The notes under the pieces are model-generated. The model had not been told where the DNA came from. It made no database searches and was given only the letters and a program-made list of their open reading frames with translations. This document shows, one piece after another, positions 1-8,425 of a DNA stretch of 36,665 bases. The DNA is from a virus (taxonomy: Duplodnaviria; Caudoviricetes), in IMG/VR virus record IMGVR_UViG_3300033076_001052, positions 1 through 36,665 of that record; one strand, 5' to 3'. The first letter of the stretch is position 1, and each line of letters opens with the position of its first letter. The position numbers and the translations under genes are program-made.

Positions 1-502
1 TTTGCCAAAGGAAGTCAAGGAAGAACTTGACAACTTGAAATCTTACGTTGAGAATGAAAAGAAAGAAAAAGAGGCAGTAGCTTTTCAAAACACCGTCCGA
101 TTGTTCGATTCGGTTTTTGCAAACCTCTCCTCTCAGAAAACTCGCACCGGCGAACCTGTATTCCCCGACATTAATGATAGTCCGTCGGGTATCGAATTCG
201 CCCGCGAGTTAGGATCTCTCACCAAGGACGAAGCATTTCAACGCGGCGTCCTTCGCAGATTCCCCGACGCGGATTTTTCCGTCGTTGTCCGAGAAGCCTA
301 CAAGTATTTGGGCGGTCGGGTATCTGGTGAGCCGGTGAAAGTCTCCACGCAAAGCAATCAACAACATCTTCAACGCTCGCGCCGCGCCGCTGCCGCTACA
401 CCCGGCCGTACCGCTCCGCGAGTTAACGATTCGAACCTTCAGGGCAAGCTCAGTAATCGAGCCGCGCTCAAGAAGGCTCTCGAACTGCACAGGGAGCACT
501 AG
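1..502 (+). CDS. Capsid scaffolding protein, C-terminal part (continues from 36097..36665 across the circular junction; ~356 aa total)
   Basis: Charged helical protein directly upstream of the major capsid gene. The frame is continuous across the window ends (...act gcg aa|t ttg cca aag = TANLPK). Confidence 0.75.
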   Translation, partial: LPKEVKEELDNLKSYVENEKKEKEAVAFQNTVRLFDSVFANLSSQKTRTGEPVFPDINDSPSGIEFARELGSLTKDEAFQRGVLRRFPDADFSVVVREAYKYLGGRVSGEPVKVSTQSNQQHLQRSRRAAAATPGRTAPRVNDSNLQGKLSNRAALKKALELHREH

Positions 503-509
503 CGCCTAA

Positions 510-543
510 CCGCTAAGGCTTCCTCGTGAGGAGGCTTTAGTGG
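510..543 (+). promoter_or_regulatory. 15-bp hairpin covering the Shine-Dalgarno (GGAGG) and GTG start of the major capsid gene
   Basis: 510-524 (ccgctaaggcttcct) pairs with 529-543 (aggaggctttagtgg): 12 Watson-Crick plus 3 G-U pairs, loop cgtg. Confidence 0.6.
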
Positions 544-1523
544 CAGATAATTTTAGCGACATTTACTCAACTACGTGGGAGCTCCGAGAGAAGAAACCCG
601 CAGACGCCGTAGCGGACAACATTCCGCTCGTGTGGAAGATGCGGAAGAACGGCGGAATCAAGACGATTTCCGGCGGTCGATTCATCTCGGAAAACATCCG
701 GATTGCTCAAAACCAGTACGTTCAGCTCATCGACGCGGATGAGGAAATCGCGATGGGGTATAACAACACCCTCGCGGCTTTCCAATTCACGCCGAAAATT
801 ATCGTTACTCCGACGGTTATTAACGAGCTTGAACAGGCTCAGAATCAGGGCGAATCGGCATTCCTCGATTTGATGGACGAGCGGCAGGAAATCGCCGACG
901 AGTCTACGTGGAACGTTGTCGAGGCGATGTTACAAGGCGACGGCACCACGTATGGCGGAAAGGCTTTTGCCGGGATCCGTTCGTACGTCGTCGATACAAC
1001 GACGTCCGGGTCAATTGGCGGATTGAGCCGCCTCACTTATTCGGCAATCCGAAACACATCGGTCAATCTCGTTTCAACGTTCGGTTCCCCAACCGATTCG
1101 AGCAACATCGAATCCCGCACCCGATATGTGAAGAACCTGATTGTTCGCGGCACCGATAAACCGGATCTCGGTTTGTTCGGTACGACCTACTACAACGCCG
1201 CCTGTGACTCGTTCTCGGGCAAGCAGCGTATCACGGTCGACAAGGACATGTACGAAGCGAACTTCGATAACGTCGTGATCGAAGGCGTCACGATCGTTCT
1301 CGCAGGCGGAAAGATCTTTTCGGGTCTCTCCCACATCGCAGCGGATCGCGGATACCTCCTTAACACGAAGACATTCAAGTTGAAGATGTACAGCGGGTAC
1401 AACTTCCAGCCGCTCAACAAGCGCACGTCGTTCAATCAGTTGGTCGAAGCCGCGATCCTTCTCGGCATCGGTAACCTCACGATGAACAACCCGGCGCTCA
1501 ATGCCGTTATGTACGATTCGTAA
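540..1523 (+). CDS. Major capsid protein (327 aa, HK97-fold expected)
   Basis: Strong SD GAGGAGG, GTG start, position after the scaffold. The N-terminus 'FSDIYSTT..ADAVADNIPL..MRKNG.IKT.SGG..I' and C-terminal 'GYLLNT..K.Y...NF.PL..R...NQ.....IL..GNLT..N' match the pattern of a common environmental podovirus capsid family. Confidence 0.88.
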   Translation: MADNFSDIYSTTWELREKKPADAVADNIPLVWKMRKNGGIKTISGGRFISENIRIAQNQYVQLIDADEEIAMGYNNTLAAFQFTPKIIVTPTVINELEQAQNQGESAFLDLMDERQEIADESTWNVVEAMLQGDGTTYGGKAFAGIRSYVVDTTTSGSIGGLSRLTYSAIRNTSVNLVSTFGSPTDSSNIESRTRYVKNLIVRGTDKPDLGLFGTTYYNAACDSFSGKQRITVDKDMYEANFDNVVIEGVTIVLAGGKIFSGLSHIAADRGYLLNTKTFKLKMYSGYNFQPLNKRTSFNQLVEAAILLGIGNLTMNNPALNAVMYDS

Positions 1524-1535
1524 AAGGGGAAAGAA

Positions 1536-2027
1536 ATGACAGCGCAAGCAAAATACAACTTTTCCGCTACTGACGGCACAACGGCACTCGCGGCGCTCGG
1601 GCAGGAAGTGAACGTGAAGGGTGCGACATGGATGTATGTCAAAGCCTCGACCACGATCACGGCCTACCAGGCATGCATCGTAACGCCGGTAACGTGCACG
1701 ATTCAGCCGCTTACGACCGCGCTCGCTGCGTCGGTCGGTCCGGTCGCTGATGTCGTGATCCCTCAATTCGATTTCGCCTCCGGCGAATACGGATATGCCC
1801 CGGTTGGACCGTTCAACCTTCGCGAAGACAACTCGACGACGTTCAAGGTTTCGGCCCTGACGCTCGATGCGGCCGGCGCGAAGCAGTACACCACGGCCAC
1901 GGCAGGATCGGTCGACGATACGGCAACCACGCTCATCAACGGACTGACACTCAGTTCCACGGTGGGCGGTTCGACAGCGAACACGGCATGCACCGCATCG
2001 AGCCGGCTCGGCGTCGGGCTCTCCTAG
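1536..2027 (+). CDS. Putative capsid decoration/cement protein (163 aa)
   Basis: Ala/Thr/Gly-rich beta protein immediately after the MCP and before a terminator, with 'G..WMYVKA...I' and 'GEYG' motifs; SD AAGGGGA. Confidence 0.55.
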   Translation: MTAQAKYNFSATDGTTALAALGQEVNVKGATWMYVKASTTITAYQACIVTPVTCTIQPLTTALAASVGPVADVVIPQFDFASGEYGYAPVGPFNLREDNSTTFKVSALTLDAAGAKQYTTATAGSVDDTATTLINGLTLSSTVGGSTANTACTASSRLGVGLS

Positions 2028-2037
2028 TTAGTTCAGA

Positions 2038-2069
2038 GTCACGGGGGCTTCTGGCCCCCGTGACGTTTT
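2038..2069 (+). terminator. Rho-independent terminator after the capsid/decoration genes
   Basis: Perfect 11-bp stem gtcacgggggc / gcccccgtgac, loop ttctg, followed by gtttt. Confidence 0.8.
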
Positions 2070-2081
2070 GGAAGGAAGAAA

Positions 2082-2879
2082 ATGGACGGTGTCGATACCT
2101 TTGATTCGCCCCTGCTCGCGGACGTGCAGATCAACTCTGACGGAACGCTCAAGCAGAACGGGAAACAGAACGTTAGGTTTTACCAGAAAAAGCGCCTTAA
2201 TTTCCGGGCTCGCCCGCTGTACGTGAAGCAGGATGACGGATCCTATTCGCTCGATGCGAACGGGAAGAAAATTCAGGCAAAGGACAAGGACGGACGACCC
2301 TTGTTCGAGATCGACCCAAAGACCGGCATTCCGTTCAAAGACGCATACGAAGAGCTCGTCACGATGATTCGTGTCGAGACCAAGGGCGATACGAACATCA
2401 AAGAGGACGTCGCGGACGCTTTCGCCAAGCGACAGTTTCACCGGCAGTACAAGTTTTTCCGCGATGGAAAGATCCCCGACGGTCACTCGATCGAGGATTT
2501 CGATTTCCTCCAACCAAGCACGATCACCGAACTCCATATGTTCGGCATCCATACCCTCGAACAAGTCGCAGATATGGATGAAGTCGCTTGCGAGCAAATC
2601 AAGGACCAATCGGGCTACGAGATCCGAGACATCGCGAAGCAGTGGCTCCGTATCAACTCCCCGGATGGTCAGACCGAGAAGGCGAATCGAATGGAGCTCG
2701 AAAACGCGCGGCTCAGGCGTGAGGTCGAGTCCCTTAAAGCCCAAGGACGGGGAGCCCGGGGAGCCCAAATGGCGGTAGCTGATGAGCCGGAAGCCGAAGA
2801 GCCGGACGCGCCGACGATGGAACTCACTCCCGAACAACTGTCAACGCGGCGCGGTGTTGGCCGACCGAGGAAGGTATGA
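2082..2879 (+). CDS. Conserved phage morphogenesis-region hypothetical protein (265 aa)
   Basis: SD GAAGGAAG, ATGA coupling to the next gene, 'ELHMFGIHTLEQVA' motif then a coiled coil and basic tail. Confidence 0.7.
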   Translation: MDGVDTFDSPLLADVQINSDGTLKQNGKQNVRFYQKKRLNFRARPLYVKQDDGSYSLDANGKKIQAKDKDGRPLFEIDPKTGIPFKDAYEELVTMIRVETKGDTNIKEDVADAFAKRQFHRQYKFFRDGKIPDGHSIEDFDFLQPSTITELHMFGIHTLEQVADMDEVACEQIKDQSGYEIRDIAKQWLRINSPDGQTEKANRMELENARLRREVESLKAQGRGARGAQMAVADEPEAEEPDAPTMELTPEQLSTRRGVGRPRKV

Positions 2880-3319
2880 AAATGAAGAAAATTGCATGCT
2901 CAATCGTTGTTGCGCTTTTGGCGTTCGTGTCCGGCTCGGCTCATGCCGATTCGTGCACCACATCGCTCGGAGTGTTTTTCACTCCGGCGCAATCCATATC
3001 ACTTTGTACGAAGCTCGGAAAATTTTACAGCGTCGATTTTAACTTCATTGCTGGCAAGACGATCGGCATTCAGGAAGCAACTTCGGCTTCGAAATGTATG
3101 GGATCGGTAACATTCAACGGCACAACCGCCGTGACGGTTTCGACGACGTGTGCAACGACCGGATCGAGGATCTTCCTTACTCCGACAAGCGATCCGACGG
3201 GCGCAACCGCTGCTTATTGTTGGGTCACCAATATCGTCACCGGCGTTTCGTTTGATGTCGATTGCGATCAAGCCAACGATGGAACGGCAAACTGGATCGT
3301 AATTCACGAGGCGCCGTAA
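2876..3319 (+). CDS. Signal-peptide-bearing, Cys-rich beta protein with a fibre-tip-like C-terminal domain (147 aa)
   Basis: MKMKKIACSIVVALLAFVSGSAHA|D is a basic n-region, hydrophobic h-region and A-H-A cleavage site. Six Cys in the mature part. C-terminal 'GSVTFNGTTAVTVSTT...SRIFLT...GVSF...ANW.VI' pattern. Confidence 0.7.
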   Translation: MKMKKIACSIVVALLAFVSGSAHADSCTTSLGVFFTPAQSISLCTKLGKFYSVDFNFIAGKTIGIQEATSASKCMGSVTFNGTTAVTVSTTCATTGSRIFLTPTSDPTGATAAYCWVTNIVTGVSFDVDCDQANDGTANWIVIHEAP

Positions 3320-3657
3320 TGGGAACCTTCGTCAAGCGCACATTCGCAAACGTTGCGGCATCTCAAACCGACTCCGCGCTCGTTACGGCGGTTTCTGGCA
3401 CTGCGATCAAGGTGCTCGGGCTTGCGCTCGTGTGTGGCGGTACGGCGACGACGGTGACGTTCAATACAAAGCCGTCTGGGGCAGGCTCGGCCCGCTCCGC
3501 AACGTTTTCTCTTGGCATTAACGGCGTGCTGGTATTGCCGGAAACTGAAAACGGAGACGGATGGTTTGAGACGGCAGTCGGCGAGGGTTTGAGCGTCACG
3601 ACCGGCGCGGGATCCACAGTAGCAATGCAAATTATTTACGCTCAACGAGCGGTGTAG
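3319..3657 (+). CDS. Small beta-sandwich virion-associated protein (112 aa); paralogue of 13322..13702
   Basis: ATG at 3319 overlaps the upstream TAA (TAATG). 'LVTAVSG..IKVLG ... GWFET..GEGL' motif. Confidence 0.7.
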   Translation: MGTFVKRTFANVAASQTDSALVTAVSGTAIKVLGLALVCGGTATTVTFNTKPSGAGSARSATFSLGINGVLVLPETENGDGWFETAVGEGLSVTTGAGSTVAMQIIYAQRAV

Positions 3658-3664
3658 GAGACAT

Positions 3665-3973
3665 ATGCAGAGTTTTTATTTGGCAGACGAACAGCACAAA
3701 ACCCTCAAGGGCGACGTCGTTGAATTTAAAGGCGTTCTCTTCTTCAAGCAGGACCGTTCGGGATTCGACGGAAAGGCGACGAAGGACCACGTGAAGGGAT
3801 ACCCGAAAGAGTTTCAGCTCTTCAAGGACGCACATCCGGAATTCGTTCTTCCGGATTCGTTCCTCGATCTCGAAGTAGGACAGCCCGTGTCCGCGCCGGC
3901 GGCGGTCGCTCCGGTCGCCGAAGCTGCTCCCGTCGTCGAAGCCCCGAAGGATGAAGACAAGCCGAGCGAGTAA
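3665..3973 (+). CDS. Hypothetical protein (102 aa) with Ala/Pro/Glu-rich tail
   Basis: SD AGGAG, host-like codon usage, fills the gap between neighbours. Confidence 0.7.
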   Translation: MQSFYLADEQHKTLKGDVVEFKGVLFFKQDRSGFDGKATKDHVKGYPKEFQLFKDAHPEFVLPDSFLDLEVGQPVSAPAAVAPVAEAAPVVEAPKDEDKPSE

Positions 3974-3981
3974 GGTCATGC

Positions 3982-4902
3982 ATGGCGCAGGTAGTTTCGG
4001 ACATAATCGCGAACTTCCTCGATCGGATTAACCAGCCGCGTGAGTCGAGCTATGTGGGCAACACGAGCCCGGCCGCGCGGCAATACATCTCACTTTTCAA
4101 ATACGTCGCCGGAAAGCTGCTTGAGTACCAGGATGGTTGGGATCAGCTAAAGCGGATCTATACCTTCACGACCTCGACCGGCGTCTCAAACTACCAGCTC
4201 CCGGGCGACTATCTCCGGATGCTCACCGGGACGCAGTGGGGAGTTACGAATCAGATTCCCCTTGCGGGCCCGCTCTCGAACGCGCGCCTCGCGTTTCAGA
4301 CGTACGGCGTGAATATCGCAACGCCCTACTTCGGTTACCAGGTAAACAGCGCACAGGGATACGTTTTCAATACCTCACCCTACACGCAGCAATCCGCCGG
4401 GTATTTTCAGATCTCACCGGCAGGTCAGGACGACACGACGCAAAACGTGATCGCATACACCTCGTGTAACTACGTGTGGCCGCAAAATTGGGCGCCGTCG
4501 ACCGCATACGTCGCCGGGAACATCCGAACCGGCATCAACAACATGTACTACTGCACGCAGTCGGGAACGTCCGGGACGACGCGCCTTAGTGCGACATCCG
4601 GCGAAATTACCGATGGCTCATGCAAATGGGTGCCGTACCACGAGCCATATTTTCAGGCCGATACCGATTTCGTGCTTCTCGACGATGAGCTCTTTATCGA
4701 GGGTCTCCGGTGGGCCTGGTACGAATCGAAACAGCAATTCGACGCAGCTCGGCAGTATGAAGCGAAATGGCGCAGCGCGGTTCGCTCGGCGCTCGGTAGA
4801 CAAAACGGCGCGGTGGTCATCAGCGCCGCTTACGACATGCAATCAACATTCGATTGGCCGATCGTTCCCGTGGGCGGTTGGTCCGGGACGGGAGGTAGCT
4901 AG
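3982..4902 (+). CDS. Head-tail adaptor (P22 gp4 / tail tubular protein A-like, 306 aa) with an inserted carbohydrate-binding-like module
   Basis: 'WDQLKRIYTFTT.TGVSNYQLP.DY' and 'DDELFIEGLRW.W..SK' adaptor-type motifs. Insert WAPSTAYVAG...YYCTQSGTSG...ITDGSCKW at 4489..4638. Confidence 0.65.
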   Translation: MAQVVSDIIANFLDRINQPRESSYVGNTSPAARQYISLFKYVAGKLLEYQDGWDQLKRIYTFTTSTGVSNYQLPGDYLRMLTGTQWGVTNQIPLAGPLSNARLAFQTYGVNIATPYFGYQVNSAQGYVFNTSPYTQQSAGYFQISPAGQDDTTQNVIAYTSCNYVWPQNWAPSTAYVAGNIRTGINNMYYCTQSGTSGTTRLSATSGEITDGSCKWVPYHEPYFQADTDFVLLDDELFIEGLRWAWYESKQQFDAARQYEAKWRSAVRSALGRQNGAVVISAAYDMQSTFDWPIVPVGGWSGTGGS

Positions 4903-6875
4903 TGGCAATCGTAAAAAACAATCCCTATCCCGAGATCGGCGACTATTTCGGGCAATACCGGAATTGGAAGCCGATCACGCTCCCGTCCGGTGAAGTCGTC
5001 TATGAGATCCCCGGCCATCCGGAACGGGTATTCGTTCCCTCGCTCTCGAATGCGAGCGGTCGCCCCGTATTGCGTCCGAATCCGAGCGCAGAGATCGCAA
5101 AGCAGCAAGAGGCGGAAGACGCGCAGAAGAAGGCGCAGAAGCAGCAAGAGCGCGCGAACAGCCCGCTCGGGCAGGCAACGCCGGTCATCGCCGGAACCGG
5201 CGGCGTTCTCGTCGCTAACGAGATCATGAAAGGCGGCTTCGGCAATCCGCCGCCTAAGCTCTCGTTTGTCGATACGAAGACCGGGACGCAATTCTTCGAC
5301 GACGGCTCGAAGATCATGGCGGACGGAACGAAAGTCCCGCCGCCCACGGGTGCCATAACGCCATCGCAAGCCGCCGCACAGGGCGCAACGAGCGCCCCCA
5401 CGGTGGCGGCCGGCGGTTCGTCGGCTCACATTGCCGAGCTCCCCGGTGGCGGCACGGCCATGCCAGACGGATCCGTCGTCAACGGCTCAACGGTCCAGAT
5501 GCCCGACGGTACTACCGCCAACGTGGAAACAGGGCAGGTTGCCGACGCGAACGGCTCTCCGATTTCCGGCACACAGGCAGCTCAGATCCTTCAAGGCGCG
5601 ATGGCGATCTATGAAGGGTACACCGCATACCAGAAATGGAAGAGCGGCGACCGCACCGGCGCGGCAATCAGCGGCACGAGCGCAGGACTCACGGGCGCGG
5701 GCGCTCTTGGGTACGGTACGGCAGGCGCGGCGGGCGCGGTCCTAGGGTATTACGGCCCGTCATACGCGAAGTATGCGCAAAATTTAATGAAGGATCCCGA
5801 GGAGGACGACTATTTCAAGGCCGCTCTCCTCAGTAATCTTGTGACCGCGTGGGCGGTTCCGATAATGGACGCGGCCGGAATCGGAGTCAAAGCCGGAAAA
5901 CACATCGACCAAAAGAAACGCGATCTCGTGCGCGATTTTCTCTATGACAACAAGATCACGACGGTCGAAGACGGACACCACTACATCACCCTTGCGGACG
6001 GCACGAAATACGACATCGGCAAGGACGGGCACGATCGGCCGTACAACGTGGACTTTTCGCGAGAGGGAATCGGAGGCGTCGTTGCCGATCTGAATCCGCT
6101 CGGCGCGATTGTCGGCGGCGGCGATCAGAAACTCACCGATGATTTCACCGGCTACTACACGAACGCGGCGACCTCAAGCGGCGACGTAAATCAGAACATC
6201 CGGAAACTCTACGCAGATCACGGCATCAAGACCGCTGAACAGGCAAGCTCGGTTATCGATCAACTCGTCGCGGATAAGCGTCTCGATCCCGAAAAGGCGG
6301 CCATCTACAAGAACAGCCTCGGTCGCGTATTCAGCGGCAGCGGAAGCACCTTCACCGGAACCAAGCCGCCCGCCAATCAGCAGGCGCCGCAGACACCACA
6401 AACGCCTCAACAACCGCAAACACCAGGCACAGCCGCCGCACAGGGAGCTAAGGAACCGATGAAAATCACCGACATACCGGCCAACCAGAAGCCCGCAACA
6501 TTTAGCTCGTCGGCTCCGACCCTTCCGACGCAGCAATACAAACCCCTCGCGATGCCGAACGCGACCGGCGGCGGAATGCAGATCGATCAACCGACGGCCC
6601 CGATGCTCGGAAAGACCGGAAAGCCGCTTCATGTGGTCTACGACGAGACCGGAAAGGGCAGCTACGTTGACCCTGACGGCGGTCCCGTTCCGCAAGTGTT
6701 GTTTTTCAAGCCCGGAAGCCCGGCAGCGCAGCAAGCGATCGGAGGAATGCAAGCAATCGGCGGACAGCCGATGACACCGGCGGAAGCGGCAGCACAGGGC
6801 GCCATGCGGTCGAGCACGAAATCGCCCGGCATCGATCTTAGTGGGCGCAGAATCCCGGTGGTAAATTACCGATGA
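4902..6875 (+). CDS. Putative DNA ejection / internal virion protein (657 aa)
   Basis: GTG start coupled to the upstream stop. Gly/Ala/Gln/Pro-rich, with a glycine-zipper-like hydrophobic stretch and repeated xxDG(T/S) hairpin motifs. Confidence 0.5.
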   Translation: MAIVKNNPYPEIGDYFGQYRNWKPITLPSGEVVYEIPGHPERVFVPSLSNASGRPVLRPNPSAEIAKQQEAEDAQKKAQKQQERANSPLGQATPVIAGTGGVLVANEIMKGGFGNPPPKLSFVDTKTGTQFFDDGSKIMADGTKVPPPTGAITPSQAAAQGATSAPTVAAGGSSAHIAELPGGGTAMPDGSVVNGSTVQMPDGTTANVETGQVADANGSPISGTQAAQILQGAMAIYEGYTAYQKWKSGDRTGAAISGTSAGLTGAGALGYGTAGAAGAVLGYYGPSYAKYAQNLMKDPEEDDYFKAALLSNLVTAWAVPIMDAAGIGVKAGKHIDQKKRDLVRDFLYDNKITTVEDGHHYITLADGTKYDIGKDGHDRPYNVDFSREGIGGVVADLNPLGAIVGGGDQKLTDDFTGYYTNAATSSGDVNQNIRKLYADHGIKTAEQASSVIDQLVADKRLDPEKAAIYKNSLGRVFSGSGSTFTGTKPPANQQAPQTPQTPQQPQTPGTAAAQGAKEPMKITDIPANQKPATFSSSAPTLPTQQYKPLAMPNATGGGMQIDQPTAPMLGKTGKPLHVVYDETGKGSYVDPDGGPVPQVLFFKPGSPAAQQAIGGMQAIGGQPMTPAEAAAQGAMRSSTKSPGIDLSGRRIPVVNYR

Positions 6876-8425
6876 CGCAATCCGCGACTCTCCCCGCACC
6901 ATATCGCGGCGTAAATGAAAGCGTCCCGCTCGCGGCGCTTGAGAGTCCTTTTTGCGAAAATCTGGTCAATTTCAACGTCACCCGGGCGGGAATCTCGCTC
7001 AGACACGGAGATAGCAAGGTTCAGTATGTAAATCGAGGCGTAGATGCGGACTACGCAACCGGCCTCGCGGTGTATGCCGATAAGTTGTTCAGTATCGCGA
7101 TCGACCTAAGCGGAATTTCAGAAACGCGCATTTACAACGCGCTTACAAATACCCTCGTCTACACTGGCGCTCCCGCTACCGGGTTATCTCAGACGTGTTA
7201 CGTCACCTTCAATCGCTACCTCTTTATTTTCGGCGACGCGTTCTCGGATAGCGTCGTATATAACGGCACTGCCGGCACGTGGGCAGCCGTAACATTCACG
7301 GGAATCTCAGGCCAAATCGCTAGCGCATGCGTATACAACAATCGTATGTACATGAGTCGAGGCAGTGACGGCACAACGCCAAATCGTCAGATTTACTGGT
7401 ACACCGAACTCCTCGCGATTACCGGCGCGGTAAATCAAGTCGACCTTTCCGGGGTATTTAATTTCGCATCGGATCTCTCCTTCGTAGCCCCATTGACGAT
7501 CGCCGATAACGTGAGTGCCGTTACGATGCTTTGCTGCGTCGCGATGAGCGGCGAGATTCTCTTTTACTCTGGCTCATATCCCGATTCCGCAAGTTGGTCA
7601 CTCATTGGGAGAGCGCAGATCGGAGAACTGATTTCATATAACGCCTACGTTGCTTATCAAGGCGATATCCTCGCGTTTTCAAAAAACGGCGTGGTTTCAC
7701 TCCGCGATCTTTTCCTCAAGGGCTCGGAACAGGCGGCAAACCTCACCGTCAACACGAATGTGCAAGATACATGGCGAGCGACAATCAACGGCGCGGTATT
7801 TACGTCGGAAATTCGCGGCTGTTGGGATTCGGTTCGAAATAAAATCATCATTCAATTTCCGTACGCATCATTTGACCCGACGAGCGGATACGGTGGGTGT
7901 TACTTCGTATTCGATACGATTCAACAGGCGTGGTCATTCCATAAGCGTGGACAGACCGGCGTTCAAATGATCGATATTGCCTTTTGCGATGGCGTCACTT
8001 ACACGCTCGCGAACAACTTCGGCAATTTCATGGTGTACGAGAAAGAGGGCGCGACCGGATTTACCGATCGCACGGCGACCGATGCCGGTGAGACGGCATA
8101 CGATTACGAAATGTTGTCGGCCCCGATCCCCTTCCCGAAAACCGCAGCCTACGAAACAACGCAGATCGAGCCGATCCTAGAGTCCGATCTCTACAGTCAA
8201 ACGAATTGGAATCTAGTGGCGGATTTCGGCCGGCAGACGAGCAACGACCAGAAAACAGACGCGCTCACAACTAGCGTCGCAAAACCCGCCGTAAATGTGG
8301 GCATGCAAAACATCACCTATGTGCAGGTGAAAATGTCGGGAACGACGACGAGCGGGAAAACCGTCGGGCTCGATCTTTATTCGTACAACGTGTGGTACAA
8401 CAGCGGGGAGATCGCATCGAGATGA
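6872..8425 (+). CDS. Tail nozzle / packaged-DNA stabilisation protein (P22 gp10 / tubular protein B-like, 517 aa)
   Basis: N-terminal 'LPAPYRGVN..PLA.L...F...LVNF......LRHG' and internal 'SGEILFYSGSYP..A..W.L.G', 'QGDIL.F..NGVVSL' motifs; aromatic beta-propeller-like composition. Confidence 0.7.
   Translation: MTQSATLPAPYRGVNESVPLAALESPFCENLVNFNVTRAGISLRHGDSKVQYVNRGVDADYATGLAVYADKLFSIAIDLSGISETRIYNALTNTLVYTGAPATGLSQTCYVTFNRYLFIFGDAFSDSVVYNGTAGTWAAVTFTGISGQIASACVYNNRMYMSRGSDGTTPNRQIYWYTELLAITGAVNQVDLSGVFNFASDLSFVAPLTIADNVSAVTMLCCVAMSGEILFYSGSYPDSASWSLIGRAQIGELISYNAYVAYQGDILAFSKNGVVSLRDLFLKGSEQAANLTVNTNVQDTWRATINGAVFTSEIRGCWDSVRNKIIIQFPYASFDPTSGYGGCYFVFDTIQQAWSFHKRGQTGVQMIDIAFCDGVTYTLANNFGNFMVYEKEGATGFTDRTATDAGETAYDYEMLSAPIPFPKTAAYETTQIEPILESDLYSQTNWNLVADFGRQTSNDQKTDALTTSVAKPAVNVGMQNITYVQVKMSGTTTSGKTVGLDLYSYNVWYNSGEIASR

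Noticed and set aside
2028-2837. Long antisense ORFs (also 1074..1766, 6174..6902, 8725..9567, 9795..10634, 29365..30069, 36064..36654)
   Set aside because: Shadow frames of well-supported + strand genes in GC-rich DNA; no RBS, coupling or motifs.
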